DNA from: Candidatus Levyibacteriota bacterium
GTDB taxonomy: Bacteria > Patescibacteriota > Microgenomatia > Levybacterales > UBA12049
Reading direction: 5' to 3'
Length of the DNA stretch: 47,140 nt
Assembly (NCBI GenBank): GCA_016214555.1
Contig: JACROF010000008.1
Span: forward strand, 1 to 47,140
Numbering within the stretch: the first letter of the stretch is position 1; each line of letters opens with the position of its first letter. The position numbers were made by a program, and so were the translations under genes. Shown piece after piece: positions 25,268 through 31,796 of the stretch. Under the pieces are notes generated by a model. The model worked only from the letters and a program-made list of their open reading frames with translations. It was not told where the DNA came from and made no database searches.

Positions 25268-25293
25268 GGGGTGGGGGCTTTCGCCCCCACCCC
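25268..25293 (-). other. GNRA-capped 11-bp GC hairpin abutting HH8
   Basis: Identical to 21311-21336 and 24844-24869. Preceded by an 18-bp palindrome TTGTAGCAGCTGCTACAA that spans the stop of 25308-26084. Confidence 0.85.
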
Positions 25294-25307
25294 GGTTGTA
25301 GCAGCTG

Positions 25308-26084
25308 CTACAAGCTGCCGGTCTGATTGACGACTGGCACTTCGCAGACCACGCGATTGCGTGGATCGGCAAAGGTGCCAGAAATGTTCGGCGACACAGA
25401 AGTCGGACATTTAGAGTCCATCTCCTTGAATTCGTCGAATTTTGAAAAGCTCATGATGAGCCCTTTCGGGCCAACTCTCATGATGCGCGCCGTTCCTCGA
25501 TCAGGTCGCTCGTAGCGACCGAGGGCCATGATGCCATCGGACCAGAAAGGGTTGTCCTGGTCGTAGGCATAGATTTCACCCTGCGCCCAATAGCTCACTG
25601 TGTCCGGGATGTCGAAGTCAGCGCCTTGCCCGACGTACATGACGGCGGCCGTTGCGCCCCACGCTCCATATGTGAGAACGACAAAGTCGTCCTCGGTGCA
25701 TTCAGTTCGGCAGAGCTTGACCGCATCGTCGACAGTCATTGACCGTCCGATGTACGGCTCGTACCGATCCGGAGCGGACCAGTGTAGGTGGTCTGCCTTG
25801 TAGTGGAGAAACGCCAGGACGCCGAGGACGATTGCGATTGCAACTGCCCACGGAGCGATTCGGCGAAGAGCGCTTTGCTCATCGTCATCGTAGTCGCAGC
25901 AGTCCTCGTCATTGAGGATGGCCTTGACTTCTTGAACCTCGGTCAGAACCTGAGCGAGTTTGTCGTCGCTTGTGGCGGCGACTTGCTCATCAACGGCGTC
26001 CGAGTCATCCTGGTCTGTCTCTGATCGACCAGCGACCAAGAGGTCGTCGTCGTTTTTGACGTTTTCGTTGCTTGTGTCAGACAC
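25308..26084 (-). CDS. Hypothetical single-pass membrane protein with an acidic N-terminal region
   Basis: 258 aa. GTG start with GAGGAG 6 nt upstream. One TM (APWAVAIAIVLGVLAFL). Confidence 0.6.
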   Translation of the reverse strand: MSDTSNENVKNDDDLLVAGRSETDQDDSDAVDEQVAATSDDKLAQVLTEVQEVKAILNDEDCCDYDDDEQSALRRIAPWAVAIAIVLGVLAFLHYKADHLHWSAPDRYEPYIGRSMTVDDAVKLCRTECTEDDFVVLTYGAWGATAAVMYVGQGADFDIPDTVSYWAQGEIYAYDQDNPFWSDGIMALGRYERPDRGTARIMRVGPKGLIMSFSKFDEFKEMDSKCPTSVSPNISGTFADPRNRVVCEVPVVNQTGSL

Positions 26085-26138
26085 TGTAGCTCCTCACGTT
26101 AGTGCAGTACGTATCGCGCACCACGCGCGATAGGGGTA

Positions 26139-26206
26139 CCAGCTGCTGCACGGTGACTTTGGCACGGGCAGAAATAGCACCGTGTTCACGAACATGCAGA
26201 AGCTGG
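26139..26206 (-). repeat. 68-bp perfect repeat, copy B (in the 5' leader of 25308-26084)
   Basis: Identical to 24623-24690. Here the outer stem is extended to GGTACCAGCT/AGCTGGTACC. Confidence 0.8.
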
Positions 26207-26258
26207 TACCAAATGTAGCTAATTTAGTAATGTGCGATTCTGCCTTTTTTGTAGACAC

Positions 26259-26288
26259 AAAAAAAGACAGAGGGTTGTCCTTCTGTCT
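26259..26288 (-). terminator. Intrinsic-terminator-like hairpin about 25 nt downstream of the predicted start of promoter 26318-26346
   Basis: AGACAG-N12-CUGUCU followed by UUUUUUU on the minus strand. Confidence 0.5.
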
Positions 26289-26317
26289 GGTTGTTCTTCC
26301 GGGCAGAAAGATGCCAT

Positions 26318-26346
26318 ATAGTAGCATAGCCTATAAGATTTGTCAA
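26318..26346 (-). promoter_or_regulatory. Sigma70-like promoter, conserved cassette copy c
   Basis: TTGACA-AATCTTATAGGCTATGC-TACTAT with a 17-nt spacer. Confidence 0.6.
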
Positions 26347-26440
26347 GTAGGTATTCGAGATCGCAAAATAAAGAGCCTATATTGATTTATGTATTAGCTT
26401 CAATGGTAGAGCAGGATAAAAAGAGATTGATTAATAGTGT

Positions 26441-26797
26441 TCAATTAGTGATATTTAGACTGTATAAGTAACATAAAATATGTTGCAGTAGAGTAAATAA
26501 AAATAAATACAGTGAAGCTGAGAAGGTGAGGGATAAAAAAGGCAGGGAGTAGGAAAACCCCCTGCCGCCGAAACCGACGAAATGTGATAAAAAGCTGCCA
26601 TGTAATGAAATATCCAGGAAAAAGACTTCCTCTATGAGGTCAAAAAGAGAGCTATTGCCGCCAGGATGAAAAAAGAGCAAGAAAAGGGTTGAAACAATTA
26701 TCCCTACACATATAAAGAGTCCTATCTTTTCCCAAAGGCGAAGCGATTCCCAGATAGTGCGGGCCTCCTCAGGATCGTTAGCCATGGGAGGGATCAC
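26441..26797 (-). CDS. Hypothetical small membrane protein
   Basis: 118-aa A+T-rich ORF with about three hydrophobic spans. Start uncertain: GTG at 26797 or ATG at 26785. Confidence 0.45.
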   Translation of the reverse strand: MIPPMANDPEEARTIWESLRLWEKIGLFICVGIIVSTLFLLFFHPGGNSSLFDLIEEVFFLDISLHGSFLSHFVGFGGRGFSYSLPFLSLTFSASLYLFLFTLLQHILCYLYSLNITN

Positions 26798-26851
26798 AGA
26801 TCCTCTTTTGTGAGGCGTTTGCTATGAAAAATTTCCTGTCCACGATGCCTC

Positions 26852-26959
26852 CTACGATGACCATGCCCAATAGGCAAGCGTTGCCAAAGCCAAAAGAAAT
26901 CCGAGAGCGGAAACAACGTAATTGAAGCTCAGAAAAGATTTCAGGCGTGATATATCCAT
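26852..26959 (-). CDS. Hypothetical 35-aa membrane peptide
   Basis: Preferred start is MDISRLKSFLSFNYVVSALGFLLALATLAYWAWSS, with a purine-rich stretch upstream. The ORF track extends to 27055. Confidence 0.35.
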   Translation of the reverse strand: MDISRLKSFLSFNYVVSALGFLLALATLAYWAWSS

Positions 26960-27149
26960 TAAACCTTTTTCCTTTCCTATGAACGTCGGTTTGTTAAGGT
27001 CCAGCCAACAAATGGCGTTACAACCATGATAACAAATCTTATAGTACAGAGTCAAGGAAAAGGGAATGTTACGAGAGGGGATAAGAGGAAAAAAGAAAGA
27101 TACGTGGCCTCTTTTGGAGGAGTCTTTTGCAGGCTGTTATAAAGATGGT

Positions 27150-27228
27150 GGGTCGGGCCTTAAGGCCCGACCCATTGGCTAGGCAGTTTTCTGCCTAGCA
27201 GACGGTGCGCCTGGGGAACATCCCCAGG
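27150..27228 (-). other. Three tandem GC hairpins after the stop of 27248-27400
   Basis: GGGTCGGGCC/GGCCCGACCC (27150-27173), CTAGGCAG/CTGCCTAG (27179-27198) and CCTGGGGA/TCCCCAGG (27210-27228). No U-tracts and no ribozyme core. Confidence 0.7.
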
Positions 27229-27247
27229 CCCCGGTCGCGAGCGCAAT

Positions 27248-27400
27248 CTAGCTGGCGGTACCGCCGGTCTGGTCACCCGGACCGCGGGACTCACCCTGCT
27301 GCTGCTCGGCCGCGCCGTCGGCGCCGTCGCCGTCGGGGCTGGTGCCGGTCGTCGGATTCGCATTGAGATATCGCGTGTTGGAGTTGATCGTTTGCCTCAT
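27248..27400 (-). CDS. Hypothetical 50-aa Gly/Asp/Thr-rich peptide
   Basis: Preferred start is MRQTINSN at 27400, with AAAGGAG 8 nt upstream. Confidence 0.4.
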   Translation of the reverse strand: MRQTINSNTRYLNANPTTGTSPDGDGADGAAEQQQGESRGPGDQTGGTAS

Positions 27401-27660
27401 GTATGAGGCTCCTTTCTGTGCGAGATACCGCAGCTGACTCCCTTTCGGTGTCAAGCCACCGCGGCTCGAATTCAGTTAAAGAGCGACTTGCTTCAACGGT
27501 TAGGCGTCACCGCCGGCCGGTCGGTGACACAAACAGACCCTGTTAGAAACTGGGAACTGTGAACCGAACACTAGCGACTTAGACGACTTAACGAGCGAGA
27601 CGAGCCCTGACTTTATATAATTCAAAATCAGGGGGTGAAACCGAGGGCGTTTGAGGTGTC

Positions 27661-27945
27661 TCAGGCCTCTAAAAAAGGTCTTTTGTTTTCCTCCCGCGAG
27701 CGATCGTGCCCATGAAATAAAAATGGGCGCGCGCCGGGCAGTGAGGTTCCCGATCCTTTTTCCGACTTCTCGGTTGGCGCTTTACTCATAGCGCCATCAG
27801 TGAGTATGAAGCAATTCTTGCCTCCTTTCTCAGGATAGTACTGCGAGTAGTTTTTTAGCGCGTCACCTCTTTGGGTGCGCGCTACACCCCGCTCAGAAGC
27901 GGGGTCGAGTACGCACCAAAAAGGTGAGTTATCTTTATAAACCAC
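27661..27945 (-). CDS. Hypothetical ORF (coding status uncertain)
   Basis: GTG start with no SD. The region also folds into several GC hairpins. Confidence 0.3.
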   Translation of the reverse strand: MVYKDNSPFWCVLDPASERGVARTQRGDALKNYSQYYPEKGGKNCFILTDGAMSKAPTEKSEKGSGTSLPGARPFLFHGHDRSREENKRPFLEA

Positions 27946-28015
27946 GTATCTTGTTAAAGTTCAAAAAAAACTTATTTGAAACGTCTTATAGATGTTAAAA
28001 ATAAGCAAGGAGCGG

Positions 28016-28044
28016 ATAATATCATATCCTATAGGGATTGTCAA
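28016..28044 (-). promoter_or_regulatory. Sigma70-like promoter, conserved cassette copy d
   Basis: TTGACA-ATCCCTATAGGATATGA-TATTAT with a 17-nt spacer. Confidence 0.6.
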
Positions 28045-28080
28045 TAGGGGAAAATATGTCGACTGAGAAGTTTTTACATA

Positions 28081-28114
28081 AAAGAAAAAGGGGAGGATCA
28101 GATCGATCCTCCCC
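28081..28114 (-). terminator. Intrinsic terminator for minus-strand transcripts leaving the 28.1-28.7 kb block
   Basis: GGGGAGGATC-N5-GATCCTCCCC followed by UUUUUCUUU on the minus strand. Confidence 0.7.
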
Positions 28115-28388
28115 ACGTGTGCGGCACAGTGCCGTGCTTATCGACGGATGTCCCCAGGGGGACAGCAGGAGAGGTAGGTGCTAGTTAAGCACATCCAAAT
28201 TGATGGTTCCCTCCATGAATCAGTCGAGAAGTTATGATTGCGCGTTGACGCACCATCTCCAGTGGAGATAGGGCAGGCAGTGCCTGACATGGTTGCCCAG
28301 GTTGGGCGAGCTTAGGTCCGATATCCCTCGGACACAGACTGTCGTGTCAGACAAAGCTGGTTTGCAACGCTAGAGCTTCTGGTGAAGC

Positions 28389-28499
28389 ATGACCGTCCGC
28401 CGATTGGACGCGCGTCCACCTTGGAATGGCGATCGGACCGCATGGGTAAATTCCCCCTCACGCGAAGACGACACACCACCAACGAGTACGAGCCTATGA
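28389..28499 (+). CDS. Candidate 36-aa micro-ORF a (speculative)
   Basis: MTVRRLDARPPWNGDRTAWVNSPSREDDTPPTSTSL. Its first 27 nt are paralogous, in frame, to the start of micro-ORF b. Weak SD. Confidence 0.25.
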   Translation: MTVRRLDARPPWNGDRTAWVNSPSREDDTPPTSTSL

Positions 28500-28509
28500 G
28501 AGATCAAGC

Positions 28510-28626
28510 ATGACCATCGTCCGCAACGATGCGCGTAAAAGTCTTGAGCAAAAAGCTCATGACCACTCCTTTCTCTACGTAGACAAACTACCGTTGTGTC
28601 CTACCTTGCTGGTGCAAGGCGAGTAA
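28510..28626 (+). CDS. Candidate 38-aa micro-ORF b (speculative)
   Basis: MTIVRNDARKSLEQKAHDHSFLYVDKLPLCPTLLVQGE. The stop abuts the plus-strand terminator. An antisense 18-aa ORF (28504-28560) with a strong AAAGGAG SD competes with this call. Confidence 0.25.
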   Translation: MTIVRNDARKSLEQKAHDHSFLYVDKLPLCPTLLVQGE

Positions 28627-28685
28627 GACACCGGCTCTTGCTACTGTTTGGTTTAACAATAAACAACAGCCGGTGTCTTTTTTTT
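28626..28685 (+). terminator. Strong intrinsic terminator for plus-strand transcripts
   Basis: AGACACCGGCT...AGCCGGTGTCT (11 bp) followed by T8. Confidence 0.7.
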
Positions 28686-28713
28686 GAAGCTCTACAAATG
28701 TGATAAAAAGTGC

Positions 28714-28740
28714 AAAAAAGAGTAATCAGTGATTACTCTT
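28714..28740 (-). terminator. Terminator-like hairpin immediately downstream of promoter 28749-28777
   Basis: AAGAGTAATC-N3-GATTACTCTT followed by UUUU on the minus strand. Confidence 0.45.
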
Positions 28741-28748
28741 GTATTGTG

Positions 28749-28777
28749 ATGATATCGCTGAAAATACAGTCTGTCAA
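28749..28777 (-). promoter_or_regulatory. Sigma70-like promoter facing the 28.1-28.7 kb block
   Basis: TTGACA, 17-nt spacer, TATCAT. Confidence 0.5.
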
Positions 28778-28839
28778 GAGGGAATTGAGGCAAAAAGAAA
28801 ATAACTATTTGAAAATTGCCAAAAAATCGTCTTTAGAGT

Positions 28840-31608
28840 ATGATTGTAGCTATGACAGATGTTGCCCCTGATGCCCAAAATGCCCTTTCTAAAAGAGTAA
28901 TTCTTGAGATTAAGACGTCACGAACGGGTGAGGAAACTCCTGAGGCGATGAAGCAATTTTTGACCAACCTCACCAACCTTCGTTTTCGTCGGATGCTGCT
29001 TCACAAAAAAGGTATTCCAATTAGTCTTGAGATAGCGGTCGTTGATCAGGCAATCCATTTTTATGTGACAGCACCCATAGAATTTCAGTCATTTCTTGAG
29101 AGTCAGCTTGTCTCACAGTACCCAAAAGCATCTATTCTTAAGGTCGAGGACTATTTACCAAGTCTTCTTGCGCAGTCGGGAACGCTTTCTTTGGGGCAGC
29201 TTAAGCTTGAGCATGATTATTATTATCCCATCAGGACGTATGCCGATTTTAAGGATGTTGATCCACTTTCCTCAGTTATTGCTGCTCTTTCAAAAAATCA
29301 ACCAGGCGATAGTGTGAGTATTCAGTTTCTTTTGTATCCAGTCTCTGATAGCTGGCAAAGGAGTGGAAAAAGTTTTGCTACTTCAAAAACGACAGATGGT
29401 AGCGGGGCTGCTGTTGCCAATCCTTATGCAAAGATTGTCGAAGAGAAAGTCGCGTATGCAGGATTTAAGGTAGGGATCCGTCTTGCTGTTGGGGCACAGT
29501 CAAAGGCAAGAAGCAGTCAGTATTTACTCGAGATAGCAAATACGTTTTCATCATTTAACAACCCTTCAGGGAACAGCTTTAGGCTGAGAAAGCCTTATCT
29601 TTGGCAGAAGAATAGGATTAAAAAAGTCATGCTTTCGCGTTCGAGATTTTTTACACCAACACATCAATATATGAATGTTGTTGAACTTGCGACGCTGTTT
29701 CATCTCCCCACAAACAAGCTTGCAACAATCCCTAATATCTCATGGCATCAGGTTATTCTTTCTGATGCTCCAGAAAATCTGCCTGTAGCTGAGGGGATGA
29801 CTGAGGAGCAAAAGCTTGATACTAATTTTTTTGCCAGAACCCAATTTCGTAACAAGCCCACAGTATTTGGTATTAAGACAAAGGACAGAAGGCGCCATTT
29901 TTATGTCATCGGAAAAACAGGCACTGGTAAATCAACACTTATTGCCAATATGGCAATTAACGATATGCGTCAGAGGAGAGGGTTTTGTATTATCGATCCT
30001 CACGGAGATCTTTGCGAGACGGTTATGGACTACGTACCATCCTATAGAGTTAATGATGTAATTTATCTTGATCCCTCAGAAAAGGAGTATGCATTTTCTC
30101 TTAACCCTTTTGAGGTCAAAGATGAGGCACAAAAAGAACTTACCATCTCAGGTATTGTAGCTATTTTCCAAAAAATCTTTGCTGATTCGTGGGGTCCTAG
30201 GCTTGAGTACATTCTTCGCAATACGCTTCAGAGTGTCATCGAGATGCCCGACGCTACGCTTCTTATGGTTCCTGAAGCACTGTCAAATCCAGCATTTCGA
30301 AAAAGAATGATTGCCAATCTTACCGATCCAATTCTGAGGTCATTTTGGGAAAATGAGTTTGAGAAGATGACTGACAAGCTTCGTATTGAGGCTATTTCAC
30401 CGATTCAAAATAAGGTCGGGCAATTTATCTCAAGTACGGTCATCAGAAATATCATCAAGAGCCCCAAATCGACAATTGATCTCCAACAGGTGATGGATGA
30501 GGGGAAAATTGTGCTTATGAATCTGTCGCAGGGAAAATTGGGAGAGGACAATGCAGCGCTTTTGGGGGCGATGTTTATCACTAAATTCCAGCTTTCAGCG
30601 ATGAATCGTGTCTATCTAGCTGAGGAAGAAAGAAAAGACTTTTATCTCTATGTGGATGAGTTTCAAAATTTTGCAACTTCAAGTTTTATTAAAATTTTAT
30701 CTGAGGCACGAAAATATCGCTTGAACCTTCTTTTGGCAAATCAGTACATTGGCCAGATTCCAGAGGATGTGCGTCTGGCAATATTTGGCAATTGCGGGAC
30801 AATGATGTCATTTTTAGTCGGAGCAGGAGATAGTCCGTACCTGGCAAAAGAATTTAGTGAGAGATTTAAAGAAGAGGATATCTTGGCACTCGCGAATTAT
30901 CAGTCGATGACGAAGATGATGATTGATGGAAGAACGTCGCCTCCTTTTATGTGTTATACCTTGCCACTTCCTAATAGCGAGACACAGAATAGAGAGAAAG
31001 TTATCCAGGCATCAAAAGAGCGGTATATGAAGCCTGTTGTGAAGGAGGTTGCGGTTGATACGCTTGCCTCGGTTGCAGCTAGGGCACAAATTGCACAAGA
31101 AGATGCCGCAAAATCTTTCTCCCAACCAGTCCAGCCTATACGCTCAGATGTGCGTCCTTCGTCTGGTCAGCAGGTTTCGTCTGCTTCTCTCCAGCCTCAA
31201 CAATCGTATGCTCAAAAGCCACCATCACTCCCTGCTCAAAGAGATGCTGTTACATCAGAACCTCAGGGGCAGCCTGTCACCCGTCCTCACATACCAGAGG
31301 GTAAGCCTTTGGAGGTAAAAAAAGATATGCCACAGCATCAGTCAATAGCAAAACCAGCTCATGTGCCAGCTGCTGTGCAGAAAGTTGAAGGGCAGGAGGA
31401 GAAAAGATCAATGGGGAATCAGCCTCACGCGTCGCAGAGGCCTAAAAGGAGAGACAATAGGCGACCTCAGCAGTCTTCGCATCAAAGACAGCAGTCTCAA
31501 GGTCATAGTCAGCCTCACGCTGAGCATAGGCCTCCAGCTCATCAAGAGCCTAAGCCTACTCCAGTTTCTGATAAGCCAAAAGTTACCAATTTATATACCT
31601 CAGAGTAA
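28840..31608 (+). CDS. Type IV coupling-protein-like ATPase (TraD/VirD4/TraG, FtsK-HerA superfamily) with a Q/P/H-rich tail
   Basis: Walker A GKTGTGKST, Walker B-like FYLYVDEFQNF, and ARKYRLNLLLANQ. About 200 aa of low-complexity C-terminus. Confidence 0.7.
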   Translation: MIVAMTDVAPDAQNALSKRVILEIKTSRTGEETPEAMKQFLTNLTNLRFRRMLLHKKGIPISLEIAVVDQAIHFYVTAPIEFQSFLESQLVSQYPKASILKVEDYLPSLLAQSGTLSLGQLKLEHDYYYPIRTYADFKDVDPLSSVIAALSKNQPGDSVSIQFLLYPVSDSWQRSGKSFATSKTTDGSGAAVANPYAKIVEEKVAYAGFKVGIRLAVGAQSKARSSQYLLEIANTFSSFNNPSGNSFRLRKPYLWQKNRIKKVMLSRSRFFTPTHQYMNVVELATLFHLPTNKLATIPNISWHQVILSDAPENLPVAEGMTEEQKLDTNFFARTQFRNKPTVFGIKTKDRRRHFYVIGKTGTGKSTLIANMAINDMRQRRGFCIIDPHGDLCETVMDYVPSYRVNDVIYLDPSEKEYAFSLNPFEVKDEAQKELTISGIVAIFQKIFADSWGPRLEYILRNTLQSVIEMPDATLLMVPEALSNPAFRKRMIANLTDPILRSFWENEFEKMTDKLRIEAISPIQNKVGQFISSTVIRNIIKSPKSTIDLQQVMDEGKIVLMNLSQGKLGEDNAALLGAMFITKFQLSAMNRVYLAEEERKDFYLYVDEFQNFATSSFIKILSEARKYRLNLLLANQYIGQIPEDVRLAIFGNCGTMMSFLVGAGDSPYLAKEFSERFKEEDILALANYQSMTKMMIDGRTSPPFMCYTLPLPNSETQNREKVIQASKERYMKPVVKEVAVDTLASVAARAQIAQEDAAKSFSQPVQPIRSDVRPSSGQQVSSASLQPQQSYAQKPPSLPAQRDAVTSEPQGQPVTRPHIPEGKPLEVKKDMPQHQSIAKPAHVPAAVQKVEGQEEKRSMGNQPHASQRPKRRDNRRPQQSSHQRQQSQGHSQPHAEHRPPAHQEPKPTPVSDKPKVTNLYTSE

Positions 31609-31753
31609 TTAGTGTTATTACCTCTTAGTCTTTGATACAAAGCATTTCTCGATATAAGAATACAAAAAATGTTCATGGCTATTTTTTGTATGCTTTGTGT
31701 CAATAGAGGTTTTTTTGATTTTTTGAAGACTATTAATATAGTCAACATTTTCA

Positions 31754-31791
31754 TAAAAAAAGGGTGGCGCCGCCTGTTGGCGACCCCACCC
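31754..31791 (-). terminator. Intrinsic terminator of 31797-32378
   Basis: 13-bp GC stem (one mismatch) with the loop region CCAACAGG, followed by U7-8 on the minus strand. Confidence 0.75.
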
Positions 31792-31796
31792 TAAGA

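Noticed and set aside
21100-27959. Integron-like cassette array. The recurring plus-strand GTTAAAG resembles the attC core GTTRRRY, and the ORFs are co-directional and promoterless.
   Set aside because: The seventh base is G in every copy, whereas the consensus is Y. No paired inverse core (RYYYAAC) or attC-type imperfect palindrome was found. There is no intI integrase or attI in the window. The intergenic structure is fully explained by hammerhead cores and hairpins.
28090-28690. A known housekeeping RNA (RNase P RNA, tmRNA, SRP RNA or 6S) in the ORF-poor GC-rich block.
   Set aside because: I could not find the diagnostic strings on either strand. These are GAGGAAAGUCC/ACAGAA-type RNase P CR regions, the tmRNA tRNA-like ends with GGUUCGAAUCC...CCA, and the SRP GGAAGCAGCC motif. 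The block is left as unknown.
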